NCBI GenBank assembly: GCA_015659035.1
Contig: DQNS01000112.1
Location: 598-64,597 of the forward strand
Source: Acidobacteriota bacterium
GTDB lineage: Bacteria > Acidobacteriota > Vicinamibacteria > Vicinamibacterales > UBA8438
DNA length: 64,000 nt
Direction of reading: 5' to 3'
The position numbers and the translations under genes were made by a program. The notes below the pieces were generated by a model. The model had not been told where the DNA came from. It searched no databases and worked only from the letters and a program-made list of their open reading frames with translations. This document shows positions 28,397 through 37,759 of the stretch, piece by piece. Each line of letters begins with the position of its first letter. Positions within the stretch are counted from its first letter, which is position 1.

Positions 28397-29143
28397 ATGA
28401 TTACCACCAGGACTCGAATCGTGCAGACCGTCGGTGCGCTGCTGCTGGCGTGCGGGCTGTTCGTCCCGGCCGGCGCGGCGCAGGCGCAGACACTCGACGA
28501 GATCATCGAGGCCAGCCTCGAAGCGGCCGGCGGCCACGAGGCGATGGCCCGCATCACCAGCGTGCGGCAGACCGGGACGTTCATCATGAGCACCGACTAC
28601 GGCGACCTGGCCGGTGACACCGAGCGCGTCATCATCCCGAACCAGAAGTTCTATCAGTCACTGGACAGCGACCTGTTCCAGCAGACCCAAGCTTGGAACG
28701 GCACCTCCGGCTGGCAGTCTGACAGCATGCAAGGGATGACAGACCTGGAGGGGCAGCAGGCGGAGATTCTCGTGGCGCAGACGGTGCTCCATGTCTTTCT
28801 GCCCTACAACACGCCGGGTGCCCCGGAGTATCGCAAGCTGGACGACTCCGAGGTGGGGGGGCGGCCTCATCACGTGGTGGGGTTGTCCACCGAGACCCTT
28901 GAATTTGAGGTCTTCGTCGACGCGGAGACCAAGCTGGTCTCACACGTGAGCTTCGAAGCCGACGTTCCCCCGGCCGGTGCGATCACCATCACCGCCAAGT
29001 CCTCAGGCTATGAAGAGCACGGCGGCGTGATGCTGGCGACACTCACCTCGCTCGACATTCCGGGGGCGGTGACGATCGACACGACATTCACCACGACGGA
29101 GCTCAACATGGAGGTGGACCAGTCGATCTTCGAGAAGCCGTAG
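28397..29143 (+). CDS. hypothetical exported protein (LolA-like fold suspected)
   Basis: Internal ATG after GGAGGAG. MITTRTRIVQTVGALLLACGLFVPAGAAQAQ is a signal peptide. Confidence 0.6.
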   Translation: MITTRTRIVQTVGALLLACGLFVPAGAAQAQTLDEIIEASLEAAGGHEAMARITSVRQTGTFIMSTDYGDLAGDTERVIIPNQKFYQSLDSDLFQQTQAWNGTSGWQSDSMQGMTDLEGQQAEILVAQTVLHVFLPYNTPGAPEYRKLDDSEVGGRPHHVVGLSTETLEFEVFVDAETKLVSHVSFEADVPPAGAITITAKSSGYEEHGGVMLATLTSLDIPGAVTIDTTFTTTELNMEVDQSIFEKP

Positions 29144-29171
29144 GGGCGAGGCGCCGGGCACAAGGGCGCCG

Positions 29172-30008
29172 TCACAGGTGCAGATTCCCCCGCCCAGCGC
29201 CGACGAACGAGTAGAGCGTCATCCCGGCGGCGGAGGCCATGTCCACCGCCAGACTCGAGGCGGCCCCGACCGACACCATCACCGGGATCGCCGCCTTCAG
29301 CGCCTTCTGCACCAGCTCGAACCCGGCGCGGCCGCTGACCACCAGGATGCGGTCGGCGAGCGACGTCGCGCCGTCGAGCACGGCGCGACCGATCACCTTG
29401 TCGACCGCGTTGTGGCGTCCGATGTCTTCGCGCACCGACAGCAGCTCGCCCTCCAGCGTGAACAGCCCGGCGGCGTGGATCCCCCCGGTCGCCTCGAAGA
29501 GCGTCTGGTGTGGGCGCATTCGTTCCGGGAGGCGACCGAGCAGATCGGTCGCGCACTCGACCCGCGTGATCGGCGGCAGCGCCTGGTCGAGGTCTTCGAG
29601 ACTCTCCTTGCCGCAGACGCCACAGGCGGCGGTGGCCCGAAAATCGCGTTGAGCTCGCTGGACGGCGCCCGGGTCCGGTGCACCTCGCAACTCGACCAGC
29701 ACCCGGTCACCCGACCCGACCTTGCCGGCTGCGAGCGCTTCCGGGTCGGACACACCCGACCCGGGCTCTGTCCGGATCGACACGATCTGGTCGCCGCGCG
29801 TGAGAACCCCTTCGGCGTAGAGGAACCCGGCTGCCAGCTCCTCGTCGTGACCCGGCGTCCGCATCGTGATGACGAGCGGGCGTCCGCCGACCCGGATCTC
29901 GAGCGGCGCCTCGACGGCGACGAAGTCGGACACCTCCGTACCGTCTCGCTTGCGCACCGAGACAGCGCGAGTGCCTGGAGAGGCGGCGAGTGGCGAGCCA
30001 CCGGTCAT
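29172..30008 (-). CDS. fdhD: formate dehydrogenase accessory sulfurtransferase FdhD
   Basis: Internal ATG of ORF 29172..30209. It has CGVCGKES and DIGRHNAVDKV motifs and is divergent from fdnG. Confidence 0.85.
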   Translation of the reverse strand: MTGGSPLAASPGTRAVSVRKRDGTEVSDFVAVEAPLEIRVGGRPLVITMRTPGHDEELAAGFLYAEGVLTRGDQIVSIRTEPGSGVSDPEALAAGKVGSGDRVLVELRGAPDPGAVQRAQRDFRATAACGVCGKESLEDLDQALPPITRVECATDLLGRLPERMRPHQTLFEATGGIHAAGLFTLEGELLSVREDIGRHNAVDKVIGRAVLDGATSLADRILVVSGRAGFELVQKALKAAIPVMVSVGAASSLAVDMASAAGMTLYSFVGAGRGNLHL

Positions 30009-30117
30009 CGATGGGATTCTACATCCGGGCGGCATATCCGGACGGATCGTGCCACCCGGAAATTTCGGTGCCTCTAGCCTCCCGGTCCCTCGATTTTCAA
30101 CCGTTGAAGGATCAGTC

Positions 30118-30169
<52 letters not shown>

Positions 30170-30189
30170 GTGCTAATGTAGGCATCGAT

Positions 30190-33180
30190 ATGCCGATTTC
30201 CCGCCGCACCTTTCTGAAGGCCTCCGTCGCCGGGGTCGGGATCAGTGCGTTGGGCTTCGACCTGAAGCCGGCCTACGCAGCGGTCCGCCAGCTCAAGATC
30301 CGCAACGCGCGCGAGTACAAGACGGTGTGCCCCTACTGCGCCGTCGGCTGCGGCACGATCGCGTATGTCCACGGCAGCGGCGGGCTCAACACCACCAACA
30401 CCATCATCCACGTCGAGGGCGACCCCGACAACCCGATCAACGGCGGGACGCTCTGCCCGAAGGGCGCCTCGCAGATGGGGCTTGCCATCAGCCCGCGGCT
30501 GCGCAAGAGCCCGATGTTCCGCGAGGGCGGCGCCAGCGAGTGGCGCGAGGTGGACTGGGACTTCGCCATGGACTGGTTGGCGCGCAAGTTCAAGGAGTCG
30601 CGCGACGCGACGTTCACCGAGCAGGACAGCCAGGGCCGCACCGTCAACCGCACGAACGGTATCGCCTGGGTCGGCAGCGCCACGGTCGCCAACGAGGACG
30701 CGTATCTGATTACCAAGACGATGCGCGCCATGGGGCTGACCTACATCGACCACCAGGCACGCATATGACACAGCCCCACGGTGGCCAGTCTGGCCGCCAC
30801 GTTCGGTCGGGGCGCGATGACCAACCACTGGAAAGACATCAAGAACGCCGATGTCGTCCTGGTGATGGGCGCCAACCCGGCCGAGAATCATCCCTGTGGC
30901 TTCAAGTGGGCGCTCGAGGCGCGTGACGAGAACGGCGCGAAGCTGGTCACGATCGACCCGCGGTTCACGCGGACCTCGGCCGTGGCCGACAAGCATCTGC
31001 AGATCCGGCCCGGCTCCGACATCGCCATTCTCGGCGGGCTGATCCGGCACATCCTCACCAACGACCTGCACCACGCCGACTACGTGCGGGCGCACACCAA
31101 CGCGTCGTTCATCATCAGTGGTGACTTCGGGTTCGAGGACGGGCTGTTCTCCGGGTTCGAGGAGGCGGGCAGCCGCTACGACAAGACTTCCTGGAGCTAC
31201 CAGCGGGCGGCGGATGGCTATGTCCGCCGGGACCCGACGCTCGAGGACCCGCAGTGCGTCTTCCAGCTCCTCAGGCGGCACTACGACCGGTATACACCGG
31301 CGATGGTGGCGCAGATTGCCGGCTGCTCCGAGGAGAAGTTTCTGGAGATGGCCGACATCATCTGCTCGACCGGTCGGGCCGATCGGGTCGGCACCATCAT
31401 GTATGCAGTCGGGTGGACCATGCACACCGTCGGCAGCCAGATCATCCGCACCGGGGCGATCCTGCAGCTGCTGTTGGGCAATATCGGGCGACCTGGCGGC
31501 GGCATCAACGCGCTCCGCGGGCATGCCAACGTGCAGGGTGCCACCGACCATGCCATCGTCGCCGGTATCCTGCCCGGCTACCTGAAGGTGCCTACGCCGG
31601 AGCAGACCACGCTGGCCGAGCATCTCGAGGCGTCGACACCGCAACCGCTCGTGCCGGACACGGTGAACTACTGGGGCAACTATCCCAAGTTTCTGGTGTC
31701 GCAGCTCAAGGCTTGGTTTGGCGACAGCGCCACGGCGGCCAACGAGTTCGGGTATCACTATCTCGGCAAGCCGGACGGCGACGCCACCTGGCTGTCGATC
31801 TGGGACGAGGCCTACCACGGGCGGCTCGAGGGGTTCATCACGCTCGGGTTCAACCCGCTGCTGGCCGGTCCGGACATCCCGCGGCTGCTCAAGTCGATGT
31901 CGCGCCTGAAGTGGATGACGGTCATCGACCCGTTCATGCTCGATAGCGCCGAGTTCTGGAAAGCGCCGGGGATGAACCCGGCCGAGATCGACACCGAGGT
32001 GCTGTATCTGCCGACCACGCACTGGATCGAGCGCGACGGCTCGTTCACCAACAGCGGTCGGTGGGCCCAATGGAAAGAGAAGGCGATCGACCCGCCCGAC
32101 GGCGTACGGTCCGACACCTGGGTTCTGTCGGAGCTGTTCTGGCGGGTGAAAGAGCTCTACCAGCAGGACGGCGGCGCGTACGACGAGCCGATCCAGAATC
32201 TGACCTGGGCCTACCTGAACCCGCGCGAGCCGACGCTGGTCGAGTTGGCGAAGGAGATCAACGGCTACGACCATGAGACCGGGCAGCTGCTCTCGTCGTT
32301 CGGTCAGCTCCAGGACGACGGCGGCACGAGCTCGGGCAACTGGCTCTACACCGGCAGCTACACCGAGGCGGGCAACATGATGGCCCGGCGAGGCACCGCC
32401 GACCCGACCGGCCTCGGCATGCACCACGACTGGGCGTTCAGCTGGCCGGCGAATCGGCGGGTGCTCTACAACCGGGCCTCGGCCGACGCCGAGGGGCGGC
32501 CGTGGGACCCGTCGCGGGCCGGCATCGCCTGGACCGGTCGCGAGTGGATCGGTGATGTGCCGGACTATGGGCGGACCACTCCGCCCGACGCCGCCGGCGC
32601 GTTCATCATGACCGAGGAGGGGGTGGCGCGTCTCTTCAGCAGCCAGATGGCCGACGGTCCGTTCTCCGAGCACTACGAGCCGGTCGAGAGCCCGACCGGT
32701 AACGCGCTCCACGAGTCGGTGCCGGTGAACCCGGTCATCAACTGGTATGACGGTGTCCGCGAGACGCTGGCGGCAGAGGGCGACGACTTCCCGCACGCCT
32801 GTACCATCTATCGGGTGGTCGAGCACGAGCACTTCGTCACCGCCAATGTGCCGTTGCTGGTCGAGGCGATGCCCGACTTCTTCATCGAGCTCCCGGAGGG
32901 GCTCGCCGCCGAGAAGGGGATCGAGAACGGCGGTCGTGCCCGGGTCTGGTCGAAACGCGGGGAAGTCGAGGGGGTCGCCATCGTCACCAAGCGGATCAAG
33001 CCGTTGACGGTCAACGGCCAGACGGTCTGGACCGTCGGGATTCCGGTCCACTGGGGGTTCGCCGGCGGCACCGGCAGCACCCACGCATCGATGGCGAACC
33101 TGCTGACCCCCTTCATCGGCGATGCCAACACCCGGTGCCCCGAGTTCAAGGCGTTTCTGGTGAACGTGGAGAGGGCGTGA
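30190..33180 (+). CDS. fdnG: formate dehydrogenase-N/O type alpha subunit, selenocysteine-containing (UGA 30766..30768), Tat-exported
   Basis: MPISRRTFLKASVAG is the Tat signal, and CPYCAVGCG is present. HQARI-U-HSPTVASLAATFGRGAMTNHW is nearly identical to E. coli FdnG around U196. Track ORFs 29866..30768 and 30781..33180 are in frame. Confidence 0.92.
30766..30798 (+). other. Sec codon and SECIS-like hairpin of fdnG
   Basis: UGA, then 11 nt, then GGUGGCC AGUCU GGCCGCC (7 bp including one G-U pair, 5-nt loop containing GU). Confidence 0.7.
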
Positions 33181-34043
33181 TGCCAGACACCCTTGCGATC
33201 AAACGTATCTCGGCCAGCCCCAGCGCGCTGATTCCGCTGGAGTCGCTCCGGTCGGGCGGACCGGTGTACTCGAAGCTGGTCGACATCTCGAAGTGCATCG
33301 GGTGCAAGGGGTGCGAGGTCGCCTGCAAGGAGTGGAACGACCTGAAGGTGGAGCAGACGTCCAACTTCGGCAGCATGCAGAGCCACAAGGATCTGTCGTC
33401 GAACACCTGGTTGCTGATGCGGTTCAACGAGGTGGAGATTGGCGACGATCTAAGCTGGATGATCAAGAAGGACGCCTGTCTGCACTGCGAGGAGCCGGGG
33501 TGTCTGTTTGCCTGCCCGGCGCCGGGAGCAATTGTCCAGTATCAGAACGGCATCGTCGACTTCAACCAGGACCAGTGCATCGGGTGCCAGAATTGCGTCT
33601 CCGGCTGTCCGTTCGACATCCCCCGGTTCGACAAAGAGACCAAGACGGTCGCCAAGTGCAACATGTGCATCGACCGGGTCGAGGTGGGGCTCGAGCCGGC
33701 CTGCGTGAAGACCTGTCCGACCAACGCCATCCAGTGGGGCATCAAGGACGACATGCTCGCGCTGGCCGAGAAGAAGGTCGAGACGATGAAGCGTCGCGGA
33801 TACGAGCATGCTGCGTTGTACAACCCGGGTGGTGTCGGCGGCACCCACATGATGTATGTCGTGCCGCATGGGGACCGGCTCGAGGACTACAGCCTCCCGG
33901 CGCACCCGGTGGCCAGTCCCGCGCCGCTCGGCGGGCTGAACGTGCTGCGACGGGTCGGGTCGTATCTACTCGGTTTCGGCGTCCTGTCGGCGCTGGCGCA
34001 CTTCCTCGCCGTCGGCCCGATGAGCCCGGAGGAAGACTCGTGA
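33180..34043 (+). CDS. fdnH: formate dehydrogenase beta subunit (4Fe-4S ferredoxin type)
   Basis: The ATG overlaps the fdnG stop. Cluster motifs are CIGCKGCEVACKEWN, CLHCEEPGC and CIGCQNCVSGCP, and there is a C-terminal TM helix. Confidence 0.9.
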   Translation: MPDTLAIKRISASPSALIPLESLRSGGPVYSKLVDISKCIGCKGCEVACKEWNDLKVEQTSNFGSMQSHKDLSSNTWLLMRFNEVEIGDDLSWMIKKDACLHCEEPGCLFACPAPGAIVQYQNGIVDFNQDQCIGCQNCVSGCPFDIPRFDKETKTVAKCNMCIDRVEVGLEPACVKTCPTNAIQWGIKDDMLALAEKKVETMKRRGYEHAALYNPGGVGGTHMMYVVPHGDRLEDYSLPAHPVASPAPLGGLNVLRRVGSYLLGFGVLSALAHFLAVGPMSPEEDS

Positions 34044-34048
34044 TCTCT

Positions 34049-34093
34049 GAGGAGACAGAAGTCAGGAGACAGGAGAAGCCGGAAGACTTCGCC
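34049..34093 (-). repeat. CTCCTGY heptad-family repeat, copy 4 (purine strand on +)
   Basis: GAGGAGACAGAAGTCAGGAGACAGGAGAAGCCGGAAGACTTCGCC. Its reverse complement aligns with copies 3 and 6, including the GCGAAG module. Confidence 0.8.
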
Positions 34094-34190
34094 ATCTATT
34101 CTGTTTCTGGCCTCAGCTGTTGCTCGAGAGGCAACGGTCGGTGTTGACCTGGGCGGACCGCACTTCTGGAAGCGGCGCAGCCCACCTATT

Positions 34191-34232
34191 TCCTTCTGTC
34201 TCCTGCCTCCTGCCTCCTGTCTCCTTCGTGTC
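34191..34232 (+). repeat. CTCCTGY heptad-family repeat, copy 5, abutting the fdnI start codon
   Basis: TCCTTCTGTCTCCTGCCTCCTGCCTCCTGTCTCCTTCGTGTC is followed directly by ATG 34233. Confidence 0.8.
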
Positions 34233-34847
34233 ATGAGCCAACCGCTCCTTCTCCGTTTCACTTTCCTCCACCGCGTCGTTCACTGGGTGGTCGGCATGAC
34301 GTTTGTCGTGCTGCTGCTCACCGGGTTGGCGTTCTCCTACCCGTCGCTGTTCTGGCTGACGACCCTGCTCGGCGGTGGGCCGGCCGCACGGGTGCTGCAC
34401 CCGCAGATCGGCGCCGTCTTCGGGGTGGGGTTGCTGGTCATGTTCGTCCTCTGGGTCCGGGACATGTTTCTGGATGCGCCGGACCGGCAGTGGCTGGGCG
34501 CCATCAAGCACTATGCCGCGCACGAGCACGACAAGGTGCCGCCGGCCGGGAAGTACAACGCCGGGCAGAAGCTGTTCTTCTGGCTGCAGAGTCTGCTGGG
34601 GGTTCTGTTCGTCGCGACCGGGTTGCTGCTGTGGTTTCCCGAGTCTTTCGGTTCCGGGCTGCTGAACACGATGCGGCTGCTGCACTTCGCCGCCGCGCTG
34701 GCTGGCGGGCTGCTGCTGATTCTGCATGTCTATCTGGGCACTGTCGCCTATCCCGGCACCGCCCGCGGGATGATCGACGGGAAGGTCACCACCGCCTGGG
34801 CGCGTCTGCATCACCCACGCTGGTCCGGCGAGCGGGTCGAGCGTTGA
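34233..34847 (+). CDS. fdnI: formate dehydrogenase gamma subunit (cytochrome b556)
   Basis: It has four TM helices with conserved His residues (HRVVHW, HPQIG, LHVYLG). The call also rests on its position after fdnH. Confidence 0.85.
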   Translation: MSQPLLLRFTFLHRVVHWVVGMTFVVLLLTGLAFSYPSLFWLTTLLGGGPAARVLHPQIGAVFGVGLLVMFVLWVRDMFLDAPDRQWLGAIKHYAAHEHDKVPPAGKYNAGQKLFFWLQSLLGVLFVATGLLLWFPESFGSGLLNTMRLLHFAAALAGGLLLILHVYLGTVAYPGTARGMIDGKVTTAWARLHHPRWSGERVER

Positions 34848-35704
34848 GCCGGGCGTCGGCAGGCGATCGCGCGTGGGCGCAGCGTGCCCGCCGGGCACGC
34901 ACGCTGCGTGCCGAACGCCCCCACGCCGAACCGCTGCTCAGCTTCTACCTCTCGTTGCTCGAGCTGCAGGCGCCGCTGTGCGACCCCACGGATGCGACCC
35001 GATGGCTGCAGGCCGTCCGCGCGCCGGATACGTCGGACCTGCCCCGGCTGCAGCTCGAACGGCTCCCGCTCGACGAGCTGTCTCCCCGTTTCGGGGCGTT
35101 CTGCCAGGGGATCCCCGAGACGGCTCCTGAGCCGATCGTCCGGGCGGCGCGGACGGTCTCGGCCGCCGGTCGCGAGACGCGGACCGATCTGCTGCTGGCG
35201 CTGCTCACAGGGTCCGACTTCCAGACGCCGGCCGGCACGCTCGGGTGCGACCCGGCGCCGCTGGCGTTTCTGCCGCGCGGGTTTCTGTCACCGTTGGCCG
35301 AGGCGCTGTCTGATCTGGTCACGCTCTCCGGTTCGGCGCGCACGCCGACGTGCCCCCAGTGCGGGTGGCCGCCGCAGGTGTCGATGCTCGACGACGAACC
35401 GGACGCGTTGGGGACTCGCCGCCTCGTCTGTGCGCTCTGCGCCACCGCCTGGGTGTTTCCGCGTTCGGTCTGCCCCGCGTGCGGCACGTCGGGCGACGAG
35501 GGACTGCAGTTTCACGTCCACGACGCCCTGCCGCACGTCCGGGTCGAGTCCTGCCGGACGTGCCGTCGCTATCTGAAGTCGGTCGACCTGCGGGTCCTCG
35601 GTCTCGCGATGCCGCTGGTCGACGATCTGGCGACTGTCGAGCTCGACCTCTGGGCGGCCGAGCAGGGTCTGGAGAAGATCGCACCGAACGTGCTGGGGTT
35701 GTAG
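34844..35704 (+). CDS. fdhE: formate dehydrogenase accessory protein FdhE
   Basis: Paired CxxC motifs: CPQCG, CALC, CPACG and CRTCRRYLK. The TTG start at 34844 overlaps the fdnI stop, so the start is uncertain. Confidence 0.75.
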   Translation: MSRASAGDRAWAQRARRARTLRAERPHAEPLLSFYLSLLELQAPLCDPTDATRWLQAVRAPDTSDLPRLQLERLPLDELSPRFGAFCQGIPETAPEPIVRAARTVSAAGRETRTDLLLALLTGSDFQTPAGTLGCDPAPLAFLPRGFLSPLAEALSDLVTLSGSARTPTCPQCGWPPQVSMLDDEPDALGTRRLVCALCATAWVFPRSVCPACGTSGDEGLQFHVHDALPHVRVESCRTCRRYLKSVDLRVLGLAMPLVDDLATVELDLWAAEQGLEKIAPNVLGL

Positions 35705-35782
35705 CAGGACCCGAGTCGCGAATCCCGGGTCCATGACCTGGACCGCAGGCTGAGGGAATTCACTCGCATCAAGGGGTAGTCC

Positions 35783-36592
35783 ATGACCGACGCGTTTCCC
35801 CGTGGCCGCTTCGTCTGGTACGAATTGGCGACGTCTGACCCGGTGGCGGCACAGCGCTTCTACACCCAGCTGATCGGCTGGACCACGAAAGAGGGCACCG
35901 CGGCCGATCAGCCCTACACGGAGTGGGTGAACGGCGGGACCCACATCGGTGGTGTGATGCAGCTGGCGGAAGAGGCGAAGAAGGCGGGCGCGCCACCGCA
36001 CTGGTTGGCCTATGTGGCGGTCCCGTCGGTGGACGAGACACTGCAGCAGGCCGAGGGGCTGGGGGCGAAAAAGCTTATGGGGCCGATGGACATCCCGACG
36101 GTCGGCCGGTTCGCGGTGATCCAGGATCCGCAGAGCGCCGTGCTCGCGATCTACACGCCGGCCGACGAGGCGCCGGGTCACGGCGGGGAGCCGGCCATCG
36201 GCGAGTTCTCCTGGCACGAGCTGTCCACCTCGGACTACGCCGCCGCCTTCGACTTCTACAGCGCGCTGTTCGGTTGGGTGAAGACGGAGGCGATGGACAT
36301 GGGGCCGGACGGCATCTATCAGATGTACGGGCGGGTTCCCGGGCAGGCGCTTGGAGGCATGTTCAACACGCCGGCCGACCAGCCAGGGCCGCCCGCGTCC
36401 TGGCTCTACTACGTGACGGTCCCTGACGTGCACGCGAAGGTCGAGCAGGTGAAGCAGCTCGGCGGGCAGGTGCTCAACGGTCCGATGGCGGTGCCGGATG
36501 GCGACATCGTCGCGCAGTGCATGGACCCGCAGGGCGCCGCCTTCGCAATCCACTCGAAGAAGCCGTCCGCCTGGCCGAGGGGAGCGTTGTGA
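35783..36592 (+). CDS. two-domain VOC (glyoxalase/bleomycin-resistance fold) family protein
   Basis: A duplicated pattern: FVWYELATSDPVAAQRFYTQLIGW and FSWHELSTSDYAAAFDFYSALFGW. Confidence 0.8.
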   Translation: MTDAFPRGRFVWYELATSDPVAAQRFYTQLIGWTTKEGTAADQPYTEWVNGGTHIGGVMQLAEEAKKAGAPPHWLAYVAVPSVDETLQQAEGLGAKKLMGPMDIPTVGRFAVIQDPQSAVLAIYTPADEAPGHGGEPAIGEFSWHELSTSDYAAAFDFYSALFGWVKTEAMDMGPDGIYQMYGRVPGQALGGMFNTPADQPGPPASWLYYVTVPDVHAKVEQVKQLGGQVLNGPMAVPDGDIVAQCMDPQGAAFAIHSKKPSAWPRGAL

Positions 36593-36671
36593 CTGGCGAC
36601 CCGGGCGGGCGGCCCGAGCCGGCCGACGAGCCATTCTTCCTCGGCACCGACGCCCCGGCGCGGTCCCATAG

Positions 36672-36887
36672 GTCGCGCGTCTCGGCCGACCAGACCGGCC
36701 GGGGTCGGCATTCTGGGAGTGGCCGAAGCGTTTCTTCTTCGGCTATGTGCCGCAGCTCGTGGAGTGTGGCCTGTTGACCACCGCCGAGCTCGCCGGGTTC
36801 GAGACCGAGTGGCGCAACCGCGAGCAGAACCCCGCTGCGTTTCTCTCCACCCCGCCGATGGTCGGCGTCATCGCCGAGAAGCAGTGA
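36672..36887 (+). pseudogene. orphan C-terminal fragment resembling the tail of a class I SAM-dependent methyltransferase
   Basis: The frame after a TAG reads VARLGRPDRPGSAFWEWPKRFFFGYVPQLVECGLLTTAELAGFETEWRNREQNPAAFLSTPPMVGVIAEKQ*. No methyltransferase core lies upstream. The call is from memory of similar tails. Confidence 0.35.
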
Positions 36888-36906
36888 GGGGCGGGGACCG
36901 GGGCCC

Positions 36907-36934
36907 GGCGAACGAAGACCGGTCTTCGTTCGCC
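36907..36934. terminator. perfect 28-nt palindrome between convergent genes (bidirectional terminator candidate)
   Basis: GGCGAACGAAGACC/GGTCTTCGTTCGCC. Confidence 0.7.
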
Positions 36935-36959
36935 TAGTGCGATCCGTTCAGGAGCTGCG

Positions 36960-37319
36960 TCACGCGGTCGTCCTCTCCGGTCTGTCGCTGCTGCTGCTGG
37001 CCTCGTCCTCCACCACCACCGCCGTGCCGTAGGCAAGGAGCTCGGCCGCGCCGCCCTGTATCATCGACGTCTGGAGCAGAAGCGAGATGACGGCGTTGGC
37101 ACCCAGCCCTTCCGCCTCCTTCACCAGGCGGTCCAGCGCCTGCTCTCGCGATTCGGCCAGCAACTTGGTGTACTCGGTGACTTCTCCACCCACTATGTTG
37201 CGAAAGGTAGCCATGATGTCCTTGCCTATGTGCCGGGCCCGGATGGTGTTGCCGCGGACCAGCCCGAGGGTGCGCACGATCCGCTTACCGGCCACATGAT
37301 TCGCTGTCACTATAATCAT
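36960..37319 (-). CDS. YbjQ/UPF0145 family protein
   Basis: MIIVTANHVAGKRIVRTLGLVRGNTIRARHIGKDIMATFRNIVGGEVTEY...GANAVI aligns by eye with E. coli YbjQ. Its start overlaps the anti-sigma stop. Confidence 0.8.
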   Translation of the reverse strand: MIIVTANHVAGKRIVRTLGLVRGNTIRARHIGKDIMATFRNIVGGEVTEYTKLLAESREQALDRLVKEAEGLGANAVISLLLQTSMIQGGAAELLAYGTAVVVEDEASSSSDRPERTTA

Positions 37320-37759
37320 TTCTGCACCTCGCGATACGGGTCCGTCTTCATCGCTTTCAGCCGATCGAGTAGGACCCCGAGAAACAGCAGCCCGAGACCC
37401 GAGACCCCGCCCACCAGGATGAGCCGTTCGACCAGGTTCTCCGACTCCTGCCAGCCTTCCCACACGGCGTAGCCGCAGACCAGGACTGCCCAGCCTATTA
37501 CCAGCGGCCACCCCACCCCGCGCGCCACACGGCTGCTGCCCGTGCTGGGCCCCTCGGACCACTCGTTGTCCGGTGGCATGTCGAATGTTGACGTCATGAT
37601 TGTCTCCTTTACCGCCGCCAGTCCGTCGACCAGCGTCCGGCATGATTCACAGTCTTCGAGATGTAACCGAACCCGCTGCTCGTCTCCCTGGACGAGCGTA
37701 CCGTCCAGATAGCCGGAGAGCAACGCCTCGCCGAACGTCCGCCCACACTGCTCAGGCAT
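37316..37759 (-). CDS. anti-sigma factor (zf-HC2 type) with C-terminal TM segments
   Basis: MPEQCGRTFGEALLSGYLDG...HLEDCESCR contains the H-x3-C-x2-C zinc motif. It overlaps the sigma gene by 8 nt. Confidence 0.8.
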   Translation of the reverse strand: MPEQCGRTFGEALLSGYLDGTLVQGDEQRVRLHLEDCESCRTLVDGLAAVKETIMTSTFDMPPDNEWSEGPSTGSSRVARGVGWPLVIGWAVLVCGYAVWEGWQESENLVERLILVGGVSGLGLLFLGVLLDRLKAMKTDPYREVQK

